NCBI GenBank assembly: GCA_030390025.1
Contig: CM059438.1
Location: forward strand, 70,682,001 to 70,746,000
Source: Squalus acanthias
Lineage: Eukaryota
DNA length: 64,000 nucleotides
Reading direction: 5' to 3'
The position numbers and the translations under genes are program-made. Positions 1 through 12,250 of this stretch are shown piece after piece; the stretch's first letter is position 1; every line of letters begins with the position of its first letter. The notes below the pieces were generated by a model that saw nothing but the letters and a program-made list of their open reading frames with translations, ran no database searches and had not been told where the DNA came from.

Positions 1-361
1 CCGTTATTTGAAAATGTGTTTAAGTTACGGCTTGCTTCAAAGGGGGTTAGTACCTCAGGACAGCCCCTTTTGGGATGTGAACCTAAAGTCAGACTGAAGG
101 TGGTTGATATGCTAATCGAAAGTTGATTCCCCCCCCCCCCCAACACCACCCCCCTCACCCCCCAACCCTCCCATACCCCCTTCCCTCAAATGCAGAGATC
201 AAACAAGAAGGATGTAAGTGATAAACACCTTCACCTGGAGTTTCCGCTAGGTTGCGTTGGTTTTATTCAGTGCAATTTGCCCAAAATCGGCCAGACCAGC
301 GCATAAAATTGAGGAATTTGACCTGCAAATTATGGCCAGCGCAAATCGAGTTTCCACGATC

Positions 362-1171
362 TTTTTTTTTATTCGTTTATGGGATCAGGGCGTCGCTGGC
401 AATGCCAGCATTTATTGGCCATCCCTAGTTGCCCTTGAGGTGGTGGTGGTGGTGAGCCGTCTTCTTGAACCGCTGCAGTCCATGTGGTGAAGGTACTCCC
501 ACAGTGCTGTTAGGGAGGGAGTTCCAGGATTTTGACCCTGCGATGATGAAGGATCGGCAATATACTTCTAAGTCTGGATGGTGTGTGACTTGGAGGGGAA
601 CTTGGAGGTGGTGGTGTTCCCATGCGCCTGCTGCCCTTGTCCTTCCAGGTGGAAGAGGTCGTGGGTTTGGGAGGTGCTGCCGAAGAAGCCTTGGCGAGTT
701 GCTGCAGTGCATCTTGTAGATGGTACACACTGTAGCCACGGTGCGCCGGTGGTGAAGGGAGTGAATGTTTAAGGTGGTGGATGGTGTGCCAATCAAGCGG
801 GCTGCTTTGTCCTGGATGGTGTCGAGCTTCTTGAGTGTTGTTGCAGCTGCACTCATCCAGGCAAGTGGAGAATATTCCATCACACTCCTTACTTGTGCCT
901 TGTAGATGGTAGAAATGCTTTGGGGAGTCAGGAGGTGAGACACTCACCGCAGAATACCTAGCCTCTGACCTGCTCTTGTTGCCACAGTATTTATGTGGCT
1001 GGTCCAGTTAAGTTTCTGGTTAATGGTGACCCCCAGGATATTGACAGTGGGGGATTCGGCGATGGTAATGCCATTGAATGTCAAGGGGAGGTGGTTAGAC
1101 TCTCGCTTGTTGGAGATAGTCATTGCCTGGCACTTCTGTGGCATGAATGTTACCTGCCACTTATCAGCCAA
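362..1171 (-). mobile_element. 5'-truncated non-LTR retrotransposon (CR1/Jockey-group LINE), RT C-terminal region, 3' UTR and poly-A tail
   Basis: ORFs 944..1171 and 425..943 are collinear across one stop codon (WQVTF..KCQ, LGVTI..LNW, YKAQVRSVMEY, WNSLP motifs). AATAAA and an A-run lie at the 3' end (T-run 362-370 on +). Confidence 0.85.
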
Positions 1172-1567
1172 TTTAAAAACTATTCCACCCGTTTAAAAAC
1201 TATTCCGCTGAAAAATGATCAAAACCCCCAGAAATAATTAATCACCATGGCGAGTTTCCGCTAATCGTGCCCATTTGCAGGCCTTCGAGGAGGCTCTTAA
1301 AAATTAAGCTTTTTTTTTTAGGTGCAAGGCAACTTTTTAAAAGCTTTTAAATATCACATTTTTTTAAATTTACTGAGAAACTGACTACTGTACACCAATG
1401 AAACTAGTAAATGGTTCTGCATAGTTTCTTAAAGTCATTTTCAGGTATTTAAAATTGGGTTACTCACAGGTGGTGGACTCGGCAGTCTTGTTGAAAATGT
1501 TTATTTTTTGCGGTAAACCCATTTTCAGCTGCATTAATAAAATGGCACAGGTTACCAGCAGTCTGAT

Positions 1568-1856
1568 ACAACAGCAAAATACTGCGGATGCTGGAAATCT
1601 GAAATAAAAACAGAAAATGCTGGAAATACTCAGCAGGTCAGGCAGCATCTGTGGAGGGGGGAGAGGCGGAGGAAAGAACAAAAGGGAAGTCTTTTGTTCT
1701 TTCCTCCCCTCCCCACTTTCCCTGCCTCTGTCCTTGTTTAAAAACTGTCACATCTCTAACTTTTTCCAGTTCTGATGAAAGGTCATCGACCTGAAACATT
1801 AACTCTGTTTCTCTCTCCACATATGCTGAGTATTTCCAGCATTTTTTTCTTTTATT
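1568..1856. mobile_element. Miniature fold-back derivative of Penelope-like family 1 (3' repeat only)
   Basis: Left part matches 41581-41670 and right part matches 43945-44126. The central hairpin is GGAAAGAACAAAAG-ggaagt-CTTTTGTTCTTTCC. Confidence 0.85.
1768..1804 (+). ncRNA. Minimal hammerhead ribozyme motif (PLE family 1), with one G>A change in stem III
   Basis: AGTT-CTGATGA-A-AGGTC-atc-GACCT-GAAA-CAT-T-AACT. Confidence 0.7.
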
Positions 1857-1939
1857 CCCCACACTGATGTGGCTCCAAGTTGGTTAGCTTTGTGAGGCAG
1901 AATATCAAGCTTATTTATATATATATATATATATACTAA

Positions 1940-2270
1940 TCAATCTCCTTTACCATTGCACTGGGGGAACCAAAGTCCAAATGTAGTCTTCAGGCGTAGT
2001 GAGATTAGATGGCGGTGTATAATTCGAACAAAGCATGCAAACATAATTCAGTCCCTGTTTTAAAGTCATACATTGTGTCCTTATTTTTATATCACATTTT
2101 GATTTTATATTATTATTTAGAGATAAGTAGGAAAACATGTGGGACATTGGGAAGTAAAGTTGGTTGTCGCATACCTGTTTCTCTGCAGTACAGGCTGGGG
2201 AGCGAGGAGTTGCAAAATGGAGGTGCTACACTACCACCACTGGCTGGAGGCTGTAATTACAGCGTTATAA
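1940..2270 (+). repeat. Old unclassified interspersed repeat; an inverted copy lies at about 17020-17340
   Basis: Shared blocks, e.g. TTTTAAAGTCATaCATTgTGTCCTTATTTTTATATCA versus the reverse complement of 17186-17223. Confidence 0.7.
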
Positions 2271-2542
2271 GTTTATACAGGCAGTTTTCCATTATAAATT
2301 TGGACATAAGAATTCATAATGGAAGTGTGTGCAGGCAAAAGTGTTTTTATATATTACAAGAATTTCAATTGTGTTTTTTAAAAATGGATCATATTAATCA
2401 TTGCTAGTAAATAGGATTAATTTTATGAATAATTTCTGCTGTTGAGACTGAACTAAACTGGCTCCAGACTTCACACATTTTCTCCTGATTCCCCAGGCTA
2501 GAAAACAAAACAATGGAGACAAAGAGATTTTTTTTTGAAAAA

Positions 2543-2735
2543 AACTACAAATGCTGGAGTTCCGAAATAAAAACAGAAAATTCCGCAAATACGCAGCATT
2601 TCCGTCACCATCTGAAAAGAGAAAAGAGGGGTTAACGCTTCACGGACATGCCCTTGGTCGGCTAACCTGTCCCTTCTCTTTTTTTAGATGCTGATAGACT
2701 TGTTGCGTATTCCCAATGTTCTCTATTTGTATTTC
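2543..2735. mobile_element. Highly degenerate fold-back PLE 3'-repeat remnant
   Basis: Contains ATGCTGG..GAAATAAAAACAGAAAA and its inverted counterpart. A decayed hammerhead-like core lies on the minus strand near 2631-2661. Confidence 0.5.
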
Positions 2736-3178
2736 AAACCTACAGAGAACCTGCTACAGAGCAAAACAGAGAATGGGAGGAAGGAGATATTAAATCAGGG
2801 GAAGGCGGCGGGGTGGTTCGTGAAAAGGGAGTATTGGAAAGAAAAAAGCAATTAAAAAAGACAGAGAATTTGAAAAAGACTGAGATAAGAATTAAATATA
2901 ACTTCCAACACCTCTCAACTCAAATACTTGCTGATAAAGAGGCAGGTCTCCAGAAGTGCCATTTTTATCATCCCCCATGAACAATGTGTAGATAGTGTGC
3001 TTCTGAATCTTTTGTGGTGAAGTGCTTGGTATTTCTACAAATTCCTTTCAAATTCTTTCCCTTCTTTCTGCTTCCTCCCCTGTAATTGTCCACCTGCACC
3101 TGGCACTAGCTGGTGGAGCAGAGGAGCAGGCAAGGGATGTCTTTCTGGTTTTCTGGTACTTCATTTAACAGAGAAAGA

Positions 3179-3980
3179 GGGGGCGATCTTGCCAGCCTTG
3201 GGGAGGCGGGTTTGGAGGCGGGACTGCCGGGAAAATGGCAGAACCTGGGGGCGGGTGCCCATCCCGCCCTCAACCCGCCTCCGTGCCATCTTGCCAGGAG
3301 GCGGGTAGCCGACCCGCGCAGGGTCCTGTCTCCTGGAGGCAGGAAGGGGATACCAGCCACTTAACTGACTGTTAACAGGTAGTTAACAGGATTATCCCCA
3401 TTTTTCCAATAGAGGCGCGGGCTTCCCGACGTCGGGAAACCCCGCCAGGGTCACCGAGGCGAGCAGTGGGTCTGCAGGGGTCAGAGGGGTCCAAAGGTGC
3501 GCTGTGAAGGTAAGTGATAGGTGCAAGTATGGAGAGGTAAGTATGTGCGGTGAGTGGAAAGTGATAGAAAATGCTTACTTACCTTTGTTTCTTCCTGCAG
3601 GCTTCAACAGTTGGAGATGTGGAGAGTCTCGTATCTCACCAGCAGAGATGACAGATGGCTGCTGCATTCTCCGATGCAACAACCATCTAATTTCTGCAAA
3701 AGAAAGAGGTTTGATGAGTCTTGAATACAAGGACTCATCAAATAACAGAGAATGTCAGTGTTTGACAGCTTCACAGAACTGTCAAACGATGACAATTCAT
3801 TTGTCAAAAATTTTTGACAGATGAAACGTCATACGCTGACGTTCTCTGTAACCGGCTTCCCCTTAATTGGTCAATGAAGGGAAAATAGCGTGGGTTGTCC
3901 ACAAGTTGATGGAGGCGGGACAGCGACCCGACAAGCAGCAGTCCCGCCTCCAACGCGCCCCCATTGGCAAAATCACCCCC
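3179..3980. mobile_element. PIF/Harbinger-type MITE, family A copy 1
   Basis: TIRs GGGGGCGATCTTGCCA / TGGCAAAATCACCCCC; colinear with 5432-6277. Confidence 0.75.
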
Positions 3981-4386
3981 GGAGTGGTAGGATTAGAATG
4001 GCATTGATAAAGCAGTTACCACTGAACTTTAATGTTTCCAAATCGTTAATTTAACTTTTCTCTTTATAGATGCTGAGAGGCCTGTTGTGTATAGCTAGCA
4101 TTAAGTTTTATTTCCTATTTCCAGTTTCTGCAGTTTTTCTTTTAATTTATCTTTTAAAAGTATGGTTTGGTAAGAAAGATTGGCTGTGCACAGTGGAGTG
4201 CGTATCAGGAAAGTGCGCACCCTCAGCCCTTGAGTTTGCGGAACTTTTAACCTTGTAGTTGGCCATTGCCAGAATATAAGTCCTTAGATCAGTTTTATGC
4301 AATGTATCTTTCATCAGTCCCCATGGGTGGATTGGCTATTTGGGATACCTGGAGATTTCCCCAATACCCTTGTGAATGGTTCCATA

Positions 4387-4820
4387 GAAAGAAAGAAAGA
4401 ACTTGCATTTATGTAACACCTTTCATGACCTCAAGATGTCCCAAAACACTTTACAACCGATTAAGTACTTTTGAACTGTAGTCACTCTGGTAATGTAGGA
4501 AACATTGGCAGCCAATTTGCGCACTGCAAGGTCCCACAAGCAGAAATAAAATAAATGATCAGTTCATCTGTTTTAGGTGTTGGTCAAGGGATAAATATTG
4601 GCCAGTACAGTGGAAGAACTCCCCTGCTCTTCTTCAAATAGTGCTATGGAATCTTCAACGTCCACATCTCATCCAAAAGACAACACCTCCAACAGCACTC
4701 CCTCAGTTCTGCACTAAAGTGCCAGCCTAGATTATATGCTCAAGTCTCTGGAGTGCGACTTGAACCCACAACCTTCTGACTCAGAAGCGAGAGTGCTGCC
4801 GTTGCACCAAAGCTGACACC
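4387..4820 (-). mobile_element. tRNA-derived Deu-domain SINE (SacSINE1/AmnSINE1-like), near full length
   Basis: The minus-strand head has a B-box (GGTTCAAGTC). It has the central GTGCGCAAATTGGCTGCC block and an L2-like tail ending ATAAATGCAAGTTCTTTCTTTC. Confidence 0.75.
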
Positions 4821-5014
4821 CAGAGCGCTGTATTATCGACATGCCCTCCTATTCCATGAGAGTATCAAAGAATCCCATGCCCTTTCCGGGGATCCAGTCA
4901 TCCAGTCCGCCCCTGTCAACCCCATAATACGTGCATAATAATTGGTTTGTTTTGCAGTATAGGAAGAATGGATAATGTTTTAAGCTCGAGAAATCCATAG
5001 GCCTGAAACGGTAT

Positions 5015-5182
5015 GGGCCTAAATTTCCACAGGGTTCTCCCGATCTCCCACCGTAACCTTGGTGGAAGATTGTGAGAAACCCAGGAGAAACAGTGTAAAA
5101 TGGCTGCATTTAGCTATTTATACCATTTCTGCATGGGTTTCACCGATCTCCCACCAGAGAAACTCCACGGAAATTCCCGGCG
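5015..5182. mobile_element. Small MITE
   Basis: Terminal inverted similarity GGGCCTAAATTTCCAC / CCACGGAAATTCCCGGC; internal repeat CCGATCTCCCACC occurs twice. Confidence 0.5.
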
Positions 5183-5431
5183 TACACTTTGAATACTCCA
5201 CAAGTACACTGGGAGCCTTGATTATCCATATTTCCATTACCTGCATTCCTGATTATCCACAATAATTTGCCTGGGATTCAGGGTTTAGCTTTGGACAAAC
5301 CAGCTAAAATGCAATTGAGCATCTTTAATTGATTTCTCATATACTGTCCATTCTTGATGAAACTGGATAAGTCCCGGTCTGGATATCCAATACCTGGTCG
5401 AACATACTTACCCACTCAGCTCTGATACTTA

Positions 5432-6277
5432 GGGCTGGGTTTTCCAAGCCCCGAGGAGGCGGGCATGGAGGCGGGACAGCCGGTAAATTCGGAGAAAGTG
5501 AGGGCGGATGGCAAACCCGCCCCCATCCTGCCTCTATTCCCTTTTGCCAGGAGGCAGGAAGATGTGCAGCTTCGGGTCCCATCTCCTGGAGGTGGGAAAG
5601 GCATTTAATCCTTTTAACTGCCTGTTAACAGGTACTTAACAGGCAGAAAAAAGGATTAATGCCATTTTACCTTCACAGGTGAAGGCTTCCCGACCTCGGA
5701 GAACCCCGCAAGGTTGGAGGAGACGTGAAGGAGGTCTGCGGCGGTCGGAGGCACCTGGAAGTAAGATGTAGAGGTGAGTGATGGGTGCAAGTGTGGAGTG
5801 GTAAGTATGTAAGGTGAGTGATAAGTTTTTAAAAATGTTCGCTTACCTTATTTTCTTCCTACAGCCTTCAGCCGCGCTGGATCGGGAGACCCGACATCCT
5901 CCTTGTCAATTTCACAGACTGGCTGTTGGATCCTCCGAACCAACAGCCATGTTAAATTTACAAAGTTGAAAGGTTTGAGGAGTCCTGAACACAAGAACTC
6001 ATCAAACTAAGGAGAATGTCAGTGTTTGACAGCTTCACAGAGCTGTCAAACGCTGACATTTCTTCTTTCAAGAAGTCTTGACAGATAGCACGTCTGACGT
6101 TGACGTGCTCTGCCAGTGACTTCCTCCCTAATTGGCCTGCTGAGCCCGCAGGGCGGGCTTAACAAGGTAAATTAGGGGAAAATCCCTCTGGTTGGTCAGG
6201 CGAGGATGGAGGCGGGATATTGACACGACAAGCAGCAGTCCCGCCTCCAACTCATCTCCATTCACAAAATCCAGCTC
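5432..6277. mobile_element. PIF/Harbinger-type MITE, family A copy 2
   Basis: TIRs GGGCTGGGTTTT / AAAATCCAGCTC, flanked by TTA at 5429-5431 and 6278-6280 (3-bp TWA TSD). Confidence 0.8.
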
Positions 6278-6556
6278 TTAGCCTCAGGTCAGAGATGAGT
6301 AGGGAGTCAGAGTTACAGGCCCTGGACACTGGCAGAATTCAAACTGCCAGCTTTATTCTTCAGAATATCTCATTGTTTATAATGCAAAAAAATGTGGGTT
6401 TAACTGCACGTGATTGGATAATTGAAATAGACCAACCCAAAGCTAAAAACGCACCGTGACAGGTTAAGTACGGGGGAGCTCTCAATTAAACACCCCTGTC
6501 TACAATTCGGGGGGAGGGGGGCGGGAGTTCCCTCCGTGGTAGCAGGTGATCAAGGT

Positions 6557-7003
6557 CTTCTTCTTAGGCAGTCCCTCAGAACCGAGGATGACTTGCTTCC
6601 ACATTAAAAATGAGTTCTCAGTTGACTGATAAGTCCAATGCGGGACCTACAGTCTCTGTCACAGGTGGGGCAGACGGTGGTTGAAGGGGCGGGTGGGTGG
6701 GGTGCTTGGGTTGACGTGCGCTGCTTGCGCTTGACTTCCGCTTGCTCCCGGCAAAGTGACTCGAGGTGTTCGGCGCCTTCCCGGATGCTTCTCCTCCACT
6801 TTGTGCGGTCTTGGGCCAGGGATTCCCAGGTGTCGGTGGGGATGTTACACTTTTTCAAGGAGGCTTTGAGGGTGTCCTTGAAGCATTTCCTCTGCCCACC
6901 TGGGGCTCTCTTGCCGTATCGGAGCTCCGAGTAGAGCGCTTGTTTTGGGAGTCTCGTATTGGGCATGCGGACGATGTGACCCGTCCATCGAAGCTGATCG
7001 AGC
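6557..7003 (-). mobile_element. RTE (BovB-like) LINE 3' fragment
   Basis: QLRWTGHIVRM..RLPKQALYSEL..GGQRK.FKDTLKASL..DRTKWR plus a C-terminal CPTC..H motif. Short 3' UTR with an (AAG)n tail. Confidence 0.9.
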
Positions 7004-7662
7004 AACCTGTAGTATTGGATACCACAAGTCTGTTCTCTGCCCCACCTTCCCTCACCGCCCACCCCCACACCCATGTAGGTGGTGTTAAAAATACTCAATA
7101 TTTGGTCAACAACACAACCTACCATCCCCAGCTGGACTTGGCTATTAAGTGCTATATTGTCCACATGGGATTGTCAAGGCACAAGTGTTCCTCGAAGTGC
7201 GAATTTGAGGGACATTGTATAATGCTTAACATTGTACAGCTAATATACCGTGGTGGACTATTGTTCAACAGCTTAGAAACATTTGTTCTGGCACACATAC
7301 AGTCGGTAAATGCACTCCAGATTAATCAAATCAGATTTCAGCCTTCAAGGATGATCCAAAAGAACAGTGACCTGTCCAATTGATTTTCACCCTCAACATT
7401 TGTAATGTTGCATTCCAGTTTTAGCAATTAGGTGAGCGCTCACTGTATCTATCAAGAGGACATATATTATTGTACAGTGGAAAAAAAACTATGACAGAAA
7501 CAAAAGCAAGCTCAAAGTACCTTGATTTCTGATCGCCATGTGTGACAATTAGGGCAAGTGAAGTGGCACAGCACGACATCTTTTCACAAAATGAATGTCT
7601 ACCCTCGCTCCGTGTAGCATGGACTGCCCGAGCACTAAAGTTTGCATAACAAATCTTAGAGG

Positions 7663-9662
7663 CAACAACAACTTGTTTTTATATAGCACTTTTAACATAG
7701 TAAAATGTCCCAAGGCGCTTCACAGGAATGTTATCAAACAAACTTTGACACTGAGCCACATAGGGAGATATTAGGGCAGGTGACCAAAAGCTTGGTCAAA
7801 GCGATCGATTTTAAGGAGCGTCTTAAAGGAGGTAGAGAGGCAGAGAGGTTTAGGGAGGGAATTCCAGAGCTTAGGGTCTTGGCAGCTGAAGACACGGCCG
7901 CCAATGGTGGAGCGATTAAAATCAGGGATGCGCAAGAGGTCAGCATTGGAGAAGCGCAGATAGCTTGGAGGATTGTAGGGTTGGAGGAGGTTATAGAGAT
8001 AGGGAGGGGCGAGGCCATGGATGGATTTGAAAACAAGGATGAGAATTTTAAAATCGAGGCGTTGCTTCACCGGGAGCCAAAGTAAGTCAGCGAGCACAGG
8101 GGTAATGGGTGAACGGGACTTGGTGCGAGATAGGACACATGCAGCCGAGTTTTAGATGACCTCAAGTTTATGGAGGGTGGAAGATGGGAGGCCTGCCAGG
8201 AGTGCATTGGAATAGTCAGGTCTAGAGGTAACAGGCATGGATGAGGGTTTCAGCAGCAGATGAGTTGAGACAAGGGCGAAGTCGGGCGATGTTACGGAGG
8301 TGGAAATAGGCGGTCTTAGTGATGGCACGGATATGTGGTCAGAAGCTCATCTCGGGTTCAAATACCACACCAAGGTTGCGAACAGTCTGGTTCAGCCTCA
8401 GACAGTTGCCAGGGAGAGGGATGGTGTTGGTGGCTAGGGAACAGAGTTTGTGGCGGGAACCAAAGCTAGTAACTTCAGTCTTCCCAATATTTATTTGGAG
8501 GAAATTTCTGCACATCGGACAAGCAGTCAGACAATTTAGAGACAGTGGAGGGGTTGAGAGAGGTGGTGGTGAGATAGAGCTGGGTGTCGTCAGCGTACAT
8601 GTGGAAACTGACGCTGTGTTTTCGGATGATATTGCTGAGGGGCAGCATGTAGATTAGAAATAGCAGGGGGCCTTGGGGGATACCAGAGTTAACAGTGCGG
8701 GAGTGGGAAGAGAAGCCATTGCAGGTGATTCTCTGCCTACGATTAGATAGATAAGAATGGAACCAGGCGAGTGCAGTCCCACCCAGCTGGATGACGGTGG
8801 AGAGGCGTTGGAGGAGGCTGGTGTGGTCAACCTTGTCAAAGGCTGCAGACAGGTCGAGAAGGACGAGGAGGGATAGTTTAACTTTGTCACAATCACAAAG
8901 GGTGTCATTTGTGACTTTGATAAGAGCCGTTTTGATACTGTGGCGAGGCAGAAACCTGATTGGAGGGATTCAAACATGGAGTTCCGGAAAAAATGGGCAT
9001 GGATTGGGAGGTGACAGCATGTGCAAGAACTTTGCAGAGAAAAGGGAGGTTGGAAATAGGCCGGTAGTTTGCAAGGACGGAAGGGTCAAGGGTTGTTTTT
9101 TGAGGAGAGGGCTGATGACGGCAGATTTGAAGGAGAGGGGGACAATACCTGAGGAGCGAGAACCGTTAACAATGTCAGCTAACTTGGGGGCCAGAAAGGG
9201 AAGTTGGGTGATTAGGAGTTTAGTGGTAATAGGATCGAAGGAGGAGGAGGTGGGTCTCATTGATAAGATGAGCTCAGAGAGGGCATGAGGGGAGATAGGA
9301 GAGAAACTAGAGAAAGATGCGAGTTCAGAGCTAGGGCGGCGGGGGGGACGACCTTAGAGGAAGTTTGGCCCGGTGGGCTAGGGGAAGGGAGGGAAGCTGC
9401 AGAGGCAGCTTAGTGATAGATCTGTTGCATAGTGACAATGAAGTCCATGAGCTCCTCGCACTTGTTGGAGGTGAGGGTGGAGGAGACAAGGGAGAGGGGT
9501 TTAAGAAGACAGTTTGCAATAGAGAAAAGAAGCCAGGGGTTATCTTTGCATTCCAGGATGTTCCTGGAATAGTGAGCAGTTTTGGCAGACAAGAGCAGGA
9601 CCCAATAGTGCTTTATGTGGTTCAGCCAGATCTGGCAATGAAAGGACTGCTCAACATCTGGC
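7663..9662 (-). mobile_element. Degenerate L2 LINE (RT, C-terminus and 3' tail), multiply frameshifted
   Basis: Peptides DPITTKLL, FKSAVISPLLKK, FESLQSGF, L.WLPVKQRLDFKIL, LWNSLP; tail ...GCTATAT...AAGTTGTTGTTG. Confidence 0.9.
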
Positions 9663-10239
9663 CAGCTTCCTGATCCAACCGGACTCACGGAGCTCCATCT
9701 TTTGGTCTCTCCCATTGGTAGAAGTGGTTGATCTGCTGATGGGTTTGTGGGAATTCAGCAAACAGAAAAAAACACAGCAGAGAGAGAGAGAGAGAGAAAG
9801 AGACTGAAATGAAGGATGAAAGCAATGATTCGAGGTGCAATTATGCACGTAAATGGGGTTTCCGCTGCACTTCCGATAAAAAGACTGGGGTGGAGCGGGA
9901 GCAGCTCCAAGGAAATTCCCGCCCGGACAATATGTTTAAATCCAATGAAAGGTAGGAGACAGATGGAATACTTGTCAGTACAGTCGACATATCGCATGAT
10001 GTAGAAAGGTGGATCAGCAGATCTGTCCACTGAGAAGCAAGAGGGAATTTGCATGTACATGCTAGTTTTATTTATTCACTGATTCAGTGTCTTCACAAAC
10101 TAGTTATTTACGTCACAGGAAATTGTTGCTACTTAAAGCAATGAATCCATCGGCTATTTGGAACACTTGGACGTTAAATCAAGGAAACTTAACAAGTTCA
10201 TAAGGATTTAAGGTGTGGGAAAATGCCCCCGCTCCCATG

Positions 10240-10565
10240 GTTCAGCAAGCTTACATAGTTTATTGCTGAGCCATAGAAACCAGGAAGGTTGTAGATTCAA
10301 TGTTGAGGACAGTGGTGGGATGCTACAAGTGGCCTCAGTGCTCCTGGCTTGGGGCAGTAGGTGGGTATCACCCACATTTCCTACTTCTATCTAGTGACCC
10401 TTGGCTGGAAGTGTGCATTTAGCGGCATGGATGAGGGCAAGATCAGGCTTGACTGTGATGCCCTACCTGGGCTAATGGCCTGCTAGCACTCACAGTCGCG
10501 TTCCCTGTAGAACTGTATCTCAGCAAGCAGTCAATGCCTTCAGGGTAAGGAGAGAAATTTGGGAG
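10240..10565 (+). mobile_element. Old tRNA-like SINE, family B
   Basis: Shares CCAGGAAGG..., GCTACAA.TGGCCTCAG and GATCAGGCT blocks with 33185-33562, 44545-45085, 51650-51990 and 60290-60425. Confidence 0.55.
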
Positions 10566-11104
10566 GGGAAAAAAAATGATGTGGCAAATGCGATTAAAGC
10601 GAATTTCCTTCTCAGCTGCATTTAATATTATATAATGAAACCAATGGCAAGGAATCAAACCTACTTCTGAATTCAAACATATGAGTACCTCAGTTCTGCT
10701 CTATAGTGACACTTCCGTACTGTACATACAGGATGAAGGATTGTGGTAACTCGCACGGTTCGTCATTATAACTAAATCAGGTTATTAAGTCTTTTAGAGA
10801 ATTGGCACATCTGAGTGTAATTTGTCATTTCACCTTGAAGTTTCTAGGCCAACAATGCCAATTTCTTTCATCTGAGGTAGTTGCGTTGCAAAACAAAAGT
10901 TACATATGGTTCAACTACCTCCTGCCTTACCTAAGCAGGGTGTTCTTACCCTAATCTAAGACACATGTTCTGCGTCCTGACCATGGACCTCCCAGCTTCA
11001 TGCCTTTTTCTAACAATCCATAAGGCTTCCACCGGGTTGCCCCAGTGTCATCAACCGAAAACTAATTTTAAATGTGCCCGCCCACTGGATTTTTTTCTTT
11101 GAAA

Positions 11105-11322
11105 GTTGGGGGGGGGGGGGGGGGGGCACAGCTAATAAAAGAACTTAAACATAAAATAAACTTTCAACAAAAACAAAAGGAAACTTACAGAACTAAATCA
11201 TAATCTTACTTCTGCTGTCCGTAAGACACTCCAGTCCTTGCGAGGCTCACCGGTCGCGGAAGGCCTCGGGCGTACCGATGGACACCGCGTGCTCCCTCTC
11301 CAGGACCGCCCGGGTGCGGATA
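11105..11322 (-). mobile_element. Tx1/L1-clade LINE extreme 3' fragment
   Basis: The minus strand reads IRTRAVLEREHAVSIGTPEAFRDR*ASQGLECLTDSRSKIMI*, resembling Tx1-type ORF2 C-termini. A T-rich UTR and a C-run follow. Confidence 0.65.
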
Positions 11323-12250
11323 AGTTTTGTCAGGTGCTTGTGGAGACTGTCAGGTGGAGCACATTGCAAGCAAGAGAAACACTTCAGATGAACCCTCCTG
11401 CTTGGTAGCATATTTCCCTCCTGTTAAAGAGCAACTAATTCCTGGTGGTTAAGTCATTCCTTTTCCTTACCATTCTCTCTACTTAATTACAGTAAATGTT
11501 TCTCAGCTGTTTACGGTTCCTCTGGCCAGAATGTTCTGTACTCACTTATTTAGGCCACATGGGTTGTCACAACATCTGCTTCCTGCTAAGAATTACGGGT
11601 GTGATGTAATTGAAAACTAACAGTTTCCATGTAAAGACCACCCTCTATGACCTCAGTTGCATTCCGTAAATGAAAATGATGTTATAGAGAACGGGGTTTA
11701 CAAAATCCTTCCAACTTGAAGTAGGCGAAAGGTGTCATGCAACCTAGGTGACCTAAATAATTAAGCACAGTGCTGTGGACCAGTGAAATAAGAAACAGCT
11801 GAGAAATATTAACAGCAATTAAATGAAGAGAAGGGAAGTCATTCAATGGACTGGACTGGTAGCCTTCAGTTCCCTATTAGCTGAGTATAAAGTAAGCTTG
11901 GAACTGGGAATTGCAGGAGAACCTACAGGTCTCTCTCGCTCGCCTCCCAAATGAAGTGGACAGACTTATAAAATTCACATTCATGTAGGTTTAAAATGTT
12001 ACCTGTCTTTTAACAAAGCTTGCTTTAATAATAAACACAGCTGCATAGGACAAAGATTCCCTCAGATTGCTCTTTCTATAGGAATCGTTTGACACGATTA
12101 TAAGGAACCCTTTACAATTTCTCCTTCAGGTAGTGGAAAGAGGAAATCTTCCGACCAATTCTCTCTCTTTTTAATCATAAATTTCATTGCGAGCATTCAT
12201 GTTAGTTGGCAGCTCTGAAAGTGGGCAGTGCCGGAGGGCGAGCCGATATA

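Noticed and set aside
4750..4820. tRNA gene
   Set aside because: This is the tRNA-derived head of a SINE; no full cloverleaf is evident.
7004..7164. N-terminal extension of the 186-aa RTE ORF as a chimeric gene
   Set aside because: It is flanking sequence in frame by chance with a 5'-truncated RTE.
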